From contig CM060734.1 of assembly GCA_030704615.1 (NCBI GenBank), positions 42,408,001 to 42,472,000 of the forward strand: a stretch of 64,000 nt of DNA. Direction: 5' to 3'. This document shows positions 25,669 through 39,170 of the stretch, in pieces (positions within the stretch are counted from its first letter, which is position 1; every line of letters starts with the position of its first letter). This stretch comes from Takakia lepidozioides (lineage: Eukaryota; Plantae; Bryophyta). The position numbers and the translations under genes were made by a program. Below the pieces are notes generated by a model. It did no database searches. It worked only from the letters and a program-made list of their open reading frames with translations, and was not told the DNA's origin.

Positions 25669-28600
25669 CATACACTACTAGGGTTTGTAATGAAGAGCTA
25701 GAATGCAAGTCCTTGACTTCTATGCTTCTACTCAAGCAAAAATATGGTCTTTAGGTGGTCATAAGAGGCATCTTCTTGCTCTCTTCTACCCCAATGTGCA
25801 ACCAAGAGTGGTTCAACTCAACTTGCAAGTCATTGTCCACCAAATCAATCCCCCTTCTAGTCCTTAGGATTTGATTGCAAACTACCATATCTCCATTGCC
25901 GAGCAATCATGCATTTGTCTCCTCCTCACTTGACAATTGCTCCAAATCAACACAAATTATCTCAATGTGTAGGAGCAATGCTTGTCACTTACAATAATGC
26001 TCCCAAGCAATCCGCCTTAGATCCCACTCTCACGCCATATGCCTCATTTGGGGTCTTCCACCAATCCATCATCCATGTGCTCCCCTTGGTCATTTGAATG
26101 CATGTTCCATGACCTCTTGGCCTATGTGTTGATCTCCTTCATCATAACATGAATCAACACCTCTCCACTTCACATATAAATGGATCTCAAGGCCTTCATC
26201 TCTTGCTAGTTCAAGAGCTCCCCTTCTCAAACTTGAACTTACAAACTCAAGAGAGCATGCTCCACACATGCACCACTTGCTTGGTCAACTATCCACCACA
26301 AAGCTCGCACTACCAAGCGCATAAATAGCCAAGTATTGCCTCCCCCTCTTGTCACATTACATAGTTAGGGTGAAGCTATGCATACATTGAATGATAATTT
26401 CCCTTCAAGGATTTCCCACTATATGTTCTCCAAGCCTTCCAATGGCGCCCTAAGCTTGGCTCTACAACACCATGATTGGAAGAGTTCTTCACATGCTCCC
26501 TTTCAAAACCTCTTGAGCTTCTCAGTGCTCTCCAAGTGCTTGCCCTTGTTGTCTTCAAGCCCAAGCCTATATAGCTTCTTGGCTTCTCTTCCACAACATC
26601 CACACTTTGAACTTGCTAATACCTAGCTTGATAGTTAAATGAGCACTAACAAACCTTTAGTCACTCTCCACAAGCCATGACACAGACCATTGACTCCATA
26701 ATGCATACAAAGGATTCTCAAACCCTAGAGTCCATGCTTCCACACACACACAAGACTTCCTTCTTGCAATCTTTGCAAAATCTTGTGACTCAAGAGCTTT
26801 CTTCTCAAGCTCTCCAACTCCTAGGTGCATCCAACACCCGAGCACCTTTCTTTGCAACCCCTTGCAAGCCTTGTGATACAAGAGCTAAATTCTCCTAGCT
26901 CTCAACATCTTTAACATACAAGTGCAAAACTAATCATTACATTCCGCACTCACAAGCATAAGATGATCTTCTTGTTGATAAGAGATGAAAAATGAGAAAA
27001 GTGGAAGATAATGAAAACTCTCAAAGCATGAAGCAATCACACTAAGAACAAGCCTTAGTCCTTCCAAGTGAAATCCACTCTATCACAGAAACTAAGTCAA
27101 GCCAAAGACACATTTGCTAAAGAAATCCACCCTACGAAGCCCTCAACATACTCCCTTTCAATACCTAGAGCTATGAAGGTGAGAGAGGCTCAACTACAAG
27201 AAGATGAGCATTCCTCAACCCTCACAAGGGGAAAACCATACCCATGTCCCAAGTGAGGCTTGATACCTCACTTGGCATATGAGATCAAATGAAGTCCCAA
27301 CACATAAAATATAAATATAAATATCTAAAAATGTCCTAGTTAACTAAAAGTAGGTAATTCTAATTAACCATGACTAAAACCATGACAAACAAGGTGGGGA
27401 GATGGACCCATAAGAAAAAGAGGCACATATATTGCTTCAATTGGTTTTGTCCACTAGAAGAAGATTTGGGGCATGCTAGGCTGCTACTACCATGCCCCCA
27501 AATTTGTTATGCTTTGTCCGCTGATATAGAGCGATGAGAGGGCATGTTGGGGCGTTGGACAAAGCCATGTCTGAAAGGGTGTAGTGGACAAGACCCGCTT
27601 TTCAATCAGACAGCTTAAGTAGTCGTTTGTCCAGTCGCTAGTCTTGTACATGTTTACAGAGTGTATGACAAGCCTGCAAGCCCCGGTCGTGGAGGCTTCC
27701 GGGTAGTGTAAACAGCAGCCTCATTGATGTTGCAGCGATCAGATCAAGTAATAAGAACGTCTCAAAATAAACGTTGAGCCAAAGTTGAGCTCTCTGCAGG
27801 ACATCCAGGCACTTTGGTAAACACAGATGCAGATTTATAAGAGTAACTCAACTAAGGATGAGGAGACAAAGGAAGCCCATACTGTCACATGCATTAGAGT
27901 AGTAGAGGCTAAGGCAGGCATAACGGATGCTGATATGAGATCAGAGAATATCATAATATGTATACACCAGCAAGACGCGCACTGCCCAAGAGTCAGAGTA
28001 AGGCTAAGCGCGTTACTGTGCATCTATGGCCCATCTATGGTAACAGGTCGCCACCAAGAAGCATATAACTAACATCACTGATTACAGCATTCCTGGCAGA
28101 GCAGCCCTTGAGCTGGACAATCTGTGGATTCAAACGTCTATCCGGGTTGATAATGTCGCTTCCTGCAATGAAATGCTGCGTTGTAATCACTGATTTGTGG
28201 AAATGCCATCCAAACTTTCCTTGTCCGCATTCTTCGTCACATGTGTCTAGATCTGTGGGGGAATCTGTGTGCAAGACTGTTGGAGACAAGTACAGTTTAC
28301 AAACAATTTAAGGGACTAAAAATTGTCCCGTATCATGCATTTGCCCAATGCCCAGGTTCTCCACATTTGAACAGGTGCCATTTCCAAGGGGCTCTCGGAC
28401 TGTTGCACTTACCAAGTTACTTCTCTCAGAGTCTGGGCAGCGGTGTACTTCCTCTGCCACCGGAGGTTGCTTCCCCCACCTAACTGGGTCCTGCCGATCT
28501 CCAAATCCACCTCCTTGAGCAAGTTTTGCTCTCCAACTAAGGGAGATGATAAATGTACAGTCAGTCTTAATTATGCAAATAATTCAAAAAGTTTGAACCC

Positions 28601-29555
28601 ATTTCACTGTTGCTCAAGATCACAATTGAGGTATGGGGCACAAAGAGCGACCTTTCAAAGAAAATCCCCACAGCCTCCAGCTGCTTACAACTCCTTTACT
28701 GTTTACCTGCCAGACAGTTGATGGAATACCAGCCTTTGTATCAAGTTCTCTGATTACTGAGATCTGTACAGCATGACAATCACTGCTTCTGCATGGGAAG
28801 CCCCAAGAAATCCCACTTTGACCCCTTTGTATTCATTGTGCAGAAAGGGCAACATTTCTGCCTTTTTATGGGCGAGGGAAGTCGGGGAATACTAAGCATC
28901 CAGTTTCCTACAGATTGGAAATTGCTTTCTTCCTCTTTGAGCTTCTCGCGGACGTTACAAAGTTCCATTTCATTTCATTTCCTCCCAAGGTTCCTATACC
29001 ATCGGACAGTTTTGACTATCCATGAGCCTGCCCGCCACCAAGTTTGTCATGCACACGGAACTCATACAAGCTCGAGAAACCCAGCTACCATCCGACCTCT
29101 CTCTCTCTCATAAGAGAATCAAGGACCCATTAAGCAGTTACGGAAGAGTTCAAGGTCCATGAGAGCGATGTGGATGACTAGATGCGGACAGTTGAGCACA
29201 CAAATGCACAGGATTGCAAGCCTGGATGAAATCCCTTGACACCCATCCTGCCACGCATCAAAGCTTCGCGCGATCTGTCGGTTATGGTCTAGTGCACTGC
29301 ATCCCAGCGCTTCCCGCCATCATCTCTTTGCCTCACGAGCTCTCTCTCTCATCCCATCTCCCTCTCTGTTAATGTGTAGAACCTGGGTCATGTCCTTCTG
29401 TATCAGGGGTTTTGCCGCTGCTCTTCCCCATCTCCTTTTGACCCTGCGTGTGATTGCTCCCATTAAACACCCTTGATGCCCTCTATGTTTGTGTGGCTCC
29501 ATTGTCTCAGAGGGGGTAAAGAACTAGTCTACTCTAGCTGTAAGGGGTGAGAAAA

Positions 29556-31818
29556 ATGCAACACCCGGAGTCAAGAAAGACAATGTGGTTCCAGGATCTA
29601 TTTGCGCGCTACAGAGACATGGGAGCCATGAACTCCCTTCAAAATCAGACCATTGAAGACTACTTGTACCTTCGCTACCGCGAAATGGTTGCAAACTCAG
29701 CCCCGATTCATGACTATCTCACGGCCCCCTCGAACACGGTCTGAGCTGAAGTCAATCTTTCTCTTCTTCTCTCTTCTCTCTTTGATGTCTACATATTCAT
29801 GTCCATCGTGACCATGTAGGTCTCGTCTGTAATCCACAGATTAGAGAGTAAAGGGTGAGGGACAGAGGCGCAAGACGTTGCATATTCCTGCAAACGGGAT
29901 GGTGTTGCATAGAACAAAATTAGAGGTGATATTGTGACTACGATGGCTGTAGAATTTTCCTAGATTTCCCCACACACCACGACAATGCATCGATCGTCCC
30001 GCGTGGAATGTTTACTGATGTATGCATTTGAGTGACTTCCTGCAGTTTTAGCGTTTTTGGCATGTTTGTCAGCTGTATAATGACTGAGCGTTAGATTCAC
30101 GTTGGTATCGATTGTACATAACAAGATAGATAAAGACAGATCAGAACTGATATATACCAATACAGCGTTTGACTTGTTTTCAGGGGGATGAATTCAGGAA
30201 CCATCTCCCTCACACAACAGGGTGTTCAAGCTTCCAACCCCACGCGACTGGCCCCCCTTCCTTCACAACATGAATGCTGACCGCGATAAGTTGTTGGCTT
30301 GCGAAAAGGAGGCAGAGAATCCACCACTGCCAGTTGTTTCGAATCCTCTCTTCCTTAGAAACAATAGCCCATCCAAAGACCACTACCGATTCACGTCTCA
30401 TATGATGAGAGCTCTGTTTCCGAACATCAAGGACACCACTGTCTGTCCGGAGAGCGAGCTCTCCTTGAGACCAAAATTGAAAGGTAGTGTCTTTTGTAAT
30501 CCAATTCAACCCTTTAGGCAATCTAATTGAACTTCCTAAAGAACTTGAAAAAGGAAAATATCAGAATCTATACTGATGGATCGGTGTTTCCAGGGCCACA
30601 AGTACAATCCCAAACAAACTTTGGACCTCCAAAATCCTCGCAACCCCCAGAGGAGCTCATGAAAGTTTTGTACAAAACAGTTGAAGCTATGCCCCGTAAT
30701 CAGAGCACTAGTCATGAGCTTGCCAAGGGCTGGGGGCCTCCCAAGACGTCAAGCTATCCAGAGATACGGGCATGGTTCTGGCGCTTACTCCAACCAGCTG
30801 GTGGCCTACGATTGGATGAGTATATGTGCCAACCCGAGTCAGAAATACAACAAAACCTCAAAGATGCTAAGGTTCCAAGTGAGGAGAGTGCAAGTCATTC
30901 AGGGTCCAGTCAACCCACCGATCTGGGTGATATGAGGGAGACAGTCAACTATGAGCCAGAACCTGAAGAGACGGGGGAGGAATACGACCAGAGCACTATA
31001 TTGGAGGATGACATGACTGAGAGGCTAGCCAACATTCAAGGGCTTGAGAGAATTCTGGAAAGTTTGACTCTGAGTGCCAATGCTGCATTGAATGGGACAG
31101 GCAGGCATTCTGATAAGAGGTGTTCTAGAACTGCAGGTAAGGATGTCTCTCTTTGAGTATTGGAGATGGACTGGCATGCTTAGTTGTTAATTCACACATT
31201 GTATGACAAGTTGGCAGGTCATCAAAATAGTTTCTTCCCCAATCCAGAGTGTACTTGGAAAGAGGCAAGCATAGATTCTGCTAATCAACTGTAGAGTTCA
31301 TAATGGTGTCTTGTGCATTACAAAAGCTCTGGGCTCCATTTTGAAGCTTGAGCTTGGAAATAGAGTCACTTGCAGCAGGAACACCAGGAAGCATACAAAG
31401 GCCCAGACTCATGGAGATGTCACTACCTGCAAAAAATAAACCTTCACGCAAGTTGCTTGAGCCCCCAAACAAATTAGCTGGATCAGGTTGCAACTGGACT
31501 GATCGAGTAACAAGTAAAGAATCAGAACCTGCGGTTGAAGCAGAAGTGGAGGAAGCTCAAGCAAGGGACAATGAGAACCCAACAGACTGCAAGGAGATGG
31601 ATGCACTGAGCTTAGTTGCAGGCTACAGTGGAGAATGTTGTAAAGAGCAACAGGAGACGAACTTGGGCTCAGGCTATGATGTCATTCCATCATTTACTGG
31701 TGCAATCAGTGGAATTGCAGGCCACGGATTCAAAGAGACAGTGTGCAAACATGGAGGTAATATTCTGCATGACATAGAATCTCCCTTGAATGTCGTGCAA
31801 ATGGTAGGATGTTATTAG
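29556..31818 (+). pseudogene. Possible multi-exon orphan gene or pseudogene of unknown function
   Basis: Consecutive + ORFs (29547-29744, 30222-30530, 30527-31156, 31348-31818) with plausible GT/AG sites, but frame breaks near 30528 and 31292; no domain recognised. Confidence 0.3.
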
Positions 31819-33175
31819 CACTTGTCTTGGAACAGCACTACTACAAGCGGTTTAGTTTGTCTTGGTACAACTGCGGGCCACAGCCAGAGATGGACATTAA
31901 AAATTCAGCAGATGTATTGGATCAAACAGATTGACAGATGAGATGCTCACAAATTCTTTGCATTACTCGTTAGAAGACTAGTGGCCTCCTGGAACATTAG
32001 AGTGCATAATGATATCCTGCAATTGAAATGTTCCCAGGGATAGAAGCTGAAACAAGGAGAGTGCGATTTGAGGACACAAGCCACAAAAGGAGAGAAGAGG
32101 ACACTATTGTACTTGGCTTTGTCAGGTCTGATCTTGGCTATGTAAAGCCTCCAACAGATTGTGAGCCAGAGGAGAAATTACAAAACCCAGTGACACAACA
32201 CCTGAGAAATGAAGGATTAAGGAGAGAAGCTCCAAGACTCAAATATAAAATCCAACAGAATACGCAAGAGGAGAGGGAGAGAGTATCTGTACCCTCCCTT
32301 GGCAGAAGCTGGTGTATTGTTGGGGGATATACCATGCGTCATAAAGGCAGTCTATATGGACCCCAGACATCAGAGGTTTTCAGACATGAGAAACAATCGG
32401 GCACCAACCGGATGCAGGTTAAAGCATGATTTCTTTGGAAGAGAGAATCATTGAGAAAATGTCACGTAGTTGTGGGAACATTCTGTGCCTGTGGGATTCT
32501 ACTCTCCCTAATGGACCTCAGATGTTAGTACAGAGTAGAAAACAGAGAAACTCTGATATTGCTCCAGCTCCACAATGATGAAAGGTGTTGGATGACAGCC
32601 TGAACATCATCTAGTGTGCTAGTTACATCTCAAGACTACTATAAACTTATGTTCACACTTGGCTTAGAAGGTTTTGGGTATTCTTCAAGCATGCCTTGTG
32701 CCTCCTAGTATCACTTTAGGTGGACAAGATAAACCATATGGAAACCGTCGTGACAGCATTAGAGAAGTGGTGGACTACAGTTTTTCATGCGCATGCGAGT
32801 TGTCATATCAATAGGGGCAAGATAAATAACTACTTGGAATCCGTTATGCATATTTACGCTAATTCACTTCATCTTCACTACTACATCATTCAACTTTCGC
32901 AAGTTACATTAAAGGATGATCTTTCAGTGAGAGATTTGCTTCGAGAAGGTCGTCACTTTTTAATGTACAGACCTGTTGATTCTAATCTGGAGCCCTCTAC
33001 TTATAAACAACTCTGTGAAGGGAAAGAAGTGATCGACACACCACAAATGCTAGGATCAACAATATTGCGGGCCTCCCTGCTTCTCACACAGCTGTGATCT
33101 TAGTATTGGAACTCAGAATGGAGAGACCTATACAGTATTTGAATCTTATTCATTGAGCAGGGGTGATCAATCTAT

Positions 33176-36100
33176 TCAGTGTCTCAGCCCGTGCCCCATT
33201 GCCAGTTGGGTCCTGCAAGAACTTCGACTCAGTATTGAAGGCTCGCCTCTTCTATGTGAAGTTTGACGGTTACTGTGATCATCCTGCCTACACGCTTCAA
33301 GATCATACCTCCATGGAAACTTCACCTTCAGAAAGGCCTCCACATCAAACTCCTCTCCTACCTGGAGGTCTTTGCCCATTCGATATGCCAATGCTGTCCC
33401 TACCTCAGAGTCTGCTGAGACAGCTTGGACTACTTTGTTCTTTGACCATGGAAACTGATGCTCAAGTTTGAAAAAACCTTTAATGCGATTAATGGCTGGA
33501 GCCAGCGTACCAGAAAGATTCACATCCCAAGTGACTTCATCCACCACTTCCATCCTCTGCACATTTTACAAGCCCCACACGCTTTAATATGCCAGAACTT
33601 GCCACAGCTGCAAGCAACAAGTAAAATGAGCCCAGCTGATGTGAAACTCCAACCAACAGCAATTTGATGGATTCCCTAGATACAATGCTGCCAAGGTCAA
33701 ATGCAAGACTCATGCTAAGCCTGAGGAAATAAATGGAACCATCGTAGTCGACCTACTGCTGGACCGGTTCAACTTTATACATGCTGTCAACCTCAGCAGG
33801 TGGAGTGAGAAGCAGGTTATCATGTAACAAATCTGCCACACCTGCTGAAGGCAGAGATTACGGAGCTCATCAGCACGCACAGCATTGCCTTGGCGCTCTT
33901 CCATGGCAGCCCAGGACATCCAGGTGGGCACATTCTGTGAGTCCACTTTCAACGCACATTTGAACAACACTCGAGCCACTCCGACATTCCCCTGTCGGTC
34001 TTCCAAATTTCCCCAGGCCTGCCAACCAATCTCTCAACTTGCTTAGGCCTCTTGGCTGCATGTCATTCCCATGAGCTCAGTAAGCTCTGCTATTTTCTAC
34101 CCAGGCCTTCAACTGTATAGTGATTTGAAGTTGAAATGCACTATTGTTATAGTAGACCATCCTACAATTTCTTTTTCCAAAGAGGAACCCAATTATAAAG
34201 CCACTAAACAACCCAACATACCTGGAAGGCACGAACCGCATCCATACTTTTAGGGTTGACAGAGACAGCCCTTTGAAAAAGCTCTCGAGCAGTGGTCAGA
34301 TTGTCTTCTTTCCATTCCATCCAACCCCAGGCCTGGACAAAATCTTGTGTATAAGCCCCAGGTCCTCTGTAACTCCTCAATCTTTATCTCGCTCATTTTC
34401 GCAGAAGTCTAATACTCTTCAATTGATATGACCCCAGACAAAAAGAAAAGGCAGGAAGGATTGCAATAACTTAGAAGACTTCGTTGAAGAAGGGCTGAGG
34501 GAAACATACAATCCAAACAGGCTGATGCTTGGGATCCAAAGCAAGAGCACGCTTGAAGAGCTCACGAGCAATGCCAGGATGGCAACAATCATACTCAAAC
34601 AGCCCTAATGCTTGTAAGAGCACTGGATCTTTTGGATTGAGTTCTTGCCCTCGTTGGAAAAGCTGTCGGGCACGCTCCTTGTTACCCTGCTTGGCCTCAA
34701 ACAAGGCCCATGCCTGCCAGATATACCGATTCTTGGGACTCCCTTCAACCCCTCTCTGTCCCTTCCACCACTTGTCACTTGTAAGAGCCAACTCGAATTA
34801 CCTACAAAGGGGAAGTAGATTCAGTAGAAATAGAAGGGATGGAATCAGCTAGGATGGAAAATGTTTTAGCTCTATGGACAACAACACAGTGAGAACAGAA
34901 TTAGAGCATGAAGACCTGAAATAGGTGACGGGCAGTGGCAAAGCAGTCTTGCTCTGACTCCATGAGTGCCCATGCCTGTCACAAAAACGCAGCAGTCAAA
35001 GGATGGAATCGCATCATTAAATTGCAAGATTCTGTATGTCTTTCTTTTGGTGTCTCATTTAGGTGGGACATACTCATTAGACATCTTAGCCTCGGCCTTA
35101 AATATCCTACAGCCTGCACCTGGATTGTTGTAGTGTATAAAGGATGACCAGAACAAGTGAAATCCGAATTAGGGTCCCTAGTCCCTACCATCGTAGAAGG
35201 ATCCCACTGGTATAGACCCTGCTTCTGGTCTCTCGTGTCCTGGTGATCCTTTGCACTCCAAAAAGGTGCAGGTTCTACGGTATTTATGGCCAAGGCTAAA
35301 TGTCAATGAGTACGTCCCACCTACCTCCCTCCGTCTGGTAGTGGGACTTCCCCTGCAAAGGAATTTGATTCCGTCATCCAGTTTTTCTAACAAAGATTTT
35401 TTCCCCATACTATCAATCACATGTGAGTATTCAGAATTCAGACACCAGCAGGGTCAGAGCTACTGGCATGTCTTGAGGTCTGGAACTAGCAAGAAGAGTT
35501 GCAGAGACTTTCCTTTTCATGGTTTCCAAAAGGGCAACATGTTCAGAAGAATATCTGTGACATGAGCCAGAAAATGCGCTCTCTTTGCTGCCATCATCCC
35601 TACAGATAGGGTACATGGGTTAGCTTTTCCCTGCTGAGGTAACTTACTGTACGGAGGCAAGTAGTCTCCTAGTTTAACCTTTAGCCTAGTGCCCAGGGTG
35701 GATGATCCATTAGGTGGTCTTCGAGTCCCCCTCTGCAGGGGAGAAACTTGAACAGGAGGAATGGCTTTCTCCTCCATTTTGACGAGACACCTAGCTACAA
35801 TCCTGGTGGAATGTCAGTCCTCCAAACAAGGTTGAACCAGAAATCTTATTCACGATAGCGTACCAACCAGCTAGCTGCACTCTTGGAGTTTGTTTGTGTG
35901 GCCTTGCCAAACAGGGACCTTGCATGTTCATGTCTGCCTGCTTTCACTTCAATCAAGGCAAGTGTCTGCAAGATGTACTCATTCGGCCCACAGAATTTCA
36001 GCCCTTTTCCCAGCAGCTGTCTGGCCCTCATTGAGTTGCCCTCCCGAAGCTCCAACACAGCCCAGCCATGCCAGGCTGCAGCATGCTTCTTGTCAGCGAC

Positions 36101-38281
36101 TGTGGCGGCATCAAAAAGCTTTTTTGCTTTGCTGCTATTGCCACAACCTTCCTCCAGCACTGCCCATGCCTATGGACCACCCACCGAAGTAGCATCACGA
36201 TGCAATCATCGAACCATACAGGCGAAAAACTGGATGAGAGTAGGGAAACCATAAACATCAAAGAAGGCTGACAACTTTCTGACTAGAGTGCTCTAGAGCA
36301 CCGAGGGGAGAAATGGACTGACCTGCCAAATGTAGGCATTCTCACCACGTACTGCCTGGCAACCATCTTCAAGCACCTTCCTGGCTTTTTGCACCTTATG
36401 CAGCGTTTTGTACAAATTTCCCAATGCCACATATGGCCGGCCATTGTCAGGCCAGTCTTTGATGCACTGGAACCACCAATGTATGCTAAGCAAGTAAGGC
36501 CCTAGTTTTGCACCATGAATTGTGGCAACAATTATAAATCTAGTAATTGTCCTTCGCCTACCTCCCAATAAGAGTTGCATTTTGGAAGGGAAAAAATGTA
36601 ATGAAGGGTTTCGTAGCAATTGGTGTAGGCAACTGCAACAAATGGCAATGATTCTAATTGCAAGACCTTTCCACCCAATGCACAAGGCCAGTCAGGGCAG
36701 ATGCAAACAGTAATAGATATGTGAACAATAAGATTCTCCTTACCGACTTAAGTATCCAGGAAGGTGGGAATCAAACAGCAACAGCCATCAGCCCATGGAG
36801 ACTGGATCAAACCAGCTGCTAATAATCAATCAAAAATTGTGGTCCAAGTGGAACATCAATCCCACAGATCGAACTTGTGAGCAAGCATACAACACAGGCC
36901 CATAAGTTTAGACGGAGCTTTGGATTGATAGCTTTGTTATCCAAATTGGAATGCTAGACTTCAACTGTGAAGGTCCCACAAGACTTTCTCAAGAGGGTTG
37001 AAACAGCATAAAAGCATATAAGCTGGGTGGCCCCAATAAATGTGTAGAACAGGCCAGACAGGTCACCAGTCATATGAATTATCGCTATAGTGGCCACAGA
37101 ACCTGTCGTAGGGTCTTCCAAAAACCAGCAGGTAAACGTCCAGTTCCAGTTCCAGCATGACAGACTTGCAGAATATTACGTGCATTTATCCCACCTCCTG
37201 CTGAATATTGCTCACTGAGATGGCCAAGAGAAATTCATGCCCTCACCTACAAAGTAACTTCAGGTCTACTTAATGATAGGACTGATGATGTTACCTCACA
37301 CTCAGATGGCTGGCAATCCATTAATCAGCGTTGCAGTGTTCCAGCCGGGACCCATGAATATACCTGTTTCAAAAGAGCTACAGCCTGATCAACCAACCCC
37401 TTCTGCCGCAAGCAGCGGGCCCGATACAGCTGCAGATCCAAGTTGATGGTGAGGCGCTGATGCGGCTTGACAGGCTCCCCTACCATTGACACAGCAGAGA
37501 CTTTGGGAGACAGAGCCCCTTCCCCAGCCACCACCCTGTTAGGAGTCTTGGGCACCGTTACCATTGGTTCTCCCGCTACCACGAAATTAAACTTTTCACA
37601 ACTATTTGTATTTGGAAAAGAGGACACCCAGCTGTGTAGGAGTGGTTTGTCTTTGTCACTCTGCTCCTCAAAAATCTTCCCAGCTGAACCAGGAATGACA
37701 CTGAGAGGCGTACCAATTTGCTCAACTGTCGATTCCACCCCTGCCCCCAAAGCTCTCCACCCCTCAACCTTCATCTCCTCCCTCCCTCCTCCCACCTCGG
37801 CGTCAACCCTTCTAGACAGCTCCTCCCTTCTGTTTCTTTCCATTTCCAATAGTTGGTCTGTTTGTCCTACCCCATCTAGAGCCCTCTGCAGGTCCCTGGG
37901 TTGGCTTACAACTACGGAATCGGGTGGGTCTGATTTATATAGAACAGATGGTTCCTGCATCCCCCAATTTTCAAGGCGTTTGCTGGGACTCTCTGTGCCT
38001 GGAATGAGCACTCCCTTCTTACTGCCTTCTGACAACATTCCCTCTACCTCCTCCCCAGAATCCACCCGCATTCGCGCCCCGCTTACATTATGTCGATTAA
38101 CCCGTAGTTGCCTACGGGGCCACTCACTGAGACCACAGCTTTTCTGAATTACGCAAAACTGGTGCAGATGAAGGGAATTTGCTGGATATTGTGGAACACT
38201 TCCCTGAAGAGAACAAGATTCCTCCAAATTGCAAACTCGAAAATTGGAATGCAGCAGGGACGCAAAACAAGTTCCTGACAT
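33176..38281 (-). CDS. HCF107: HIGH CHLOROPHYLL FLUORESCENCE 107 (HAT/R-TPR chloroplast psbH RNA-binding protein), about 780 aa; exons 38281-37364, 36466-36323, 36169-35864, 34975-34916, 34755-34510, 34332-34222, 34018-33842, 33556-33176
   Basis: INLDLQLYRA, WPDNGRPYVALG, GENAYIWQ, LFDAATVADKKHAAAWHGWA, NRYIWQAW, QQRMEVVD match HCF107/Mbb1; all introns are GT-AG, phase 0; Ser-rich transit-peptide-like N-terminus. Confidence 0.93.
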
Positions 38282-39170
38282 TCTTCCCGAAACCCGCTTT
38301 ATTCACGGTAGCGATGCGCGCAACAGCAAACCCACCTGCATTTTATGCTCCCTCTCATGAGATCAGCAGCCCTCAATCATCATTCAAAGAGGGTGCTGCG
38401 TTTCAATCGATGGGCTCCGCAAAGTAAACCTATGTAAAGGTAAGCAACCCACATTTCTTACTTTCGAAGGGAACGTGATCTTCGAGATCAAAACTCAAAA
38501 GGAATTTCACCGCCAAAAATTTCGTGGATGAGTGGAATGGATGACCACAAATCAGCACTGCTTCCAAGAAGATACTGAAATGTAGAAGAATATGCTTGTT
38601 CCGGTCATGCACAGGCCCAACAGAACGCTCATTCTTGAAGCATGCCACTCTTGGACATTCACAGGACCCATCAAATGCAGTGCGGTTGCAGTTGCGTGTT
38701 CTCGGATGTTGCTTTGGTCGGTTTGCTACAGTCATGACCCTCGCGCGGTGGATGGGTTGCTTATTTTTGCGATGGGTTCCTCCTGCCTCGGAAGATCCAC
38801 CTGGGAAGTTACGACACCGATCGACACAGCGGAATAGAGACAGAGAATAAAATGCAACGATTGGAGAGGGAAGCCGAGAGAATCGAGTTGTGATCAGTGA
38901 GTGTTACTGGAAGGCAGAGATTATTATCAACCAAAGAAACACAGGAGAATTGCAGAAAGAGGATGATGCTCCAGCCAAAGCAAGGGTAGTGAAGTTTCTG
39001 TGTGTGCGCGTGTGAGACACACAGAGGACAAGGGGGAGGTCTATGACATATCCTTAAGCGGGCAGACGAATGGAAGATGAACGCTTCTAGGCGGGGAAGG
39101 GAAAAGTATCGAGAAATTTGGGCACCTAGAGTGAGAGAAAGGAGTGAAAGGAGTTGACAGGTACGCAGGC

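Larger units (their letters stand above)
20337..27387 (-). mobile_element. Ty3/Gypsy retrotransposon carrying a C5 DNA methyltransferase, copy 1 (decayed; gag and RT-RH partly deleted; no 3' LTR seen)
   Basis: Order on - strand: about 2.5 kb noncoding starting TGTCATGG, gag with two zinc knuckles, protease LLDSGAQ, DNMT, RT N-terminus, integrase (SKWIE..FGAP..DQG; SPYFLFFGREP); colinear with 46866-55001. Confidence 0.92.

Noticed and set aside
27670-27710. Possible Helitron 3' end (AAGCC..GGCTT stem followed by GTAGT)
   Set aside because: Short stem, no CTRR terminus and no matching 5' TC end identified.
27830-29100. Possible - strand gene fragments
   Set aside because: I could not build a consistent exon chain or recognise a domain.
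37467-38147. 226-aa + strand ORF
   Set aside because: Antisense shadow of HCF107 exon 1; no recognisable domain.
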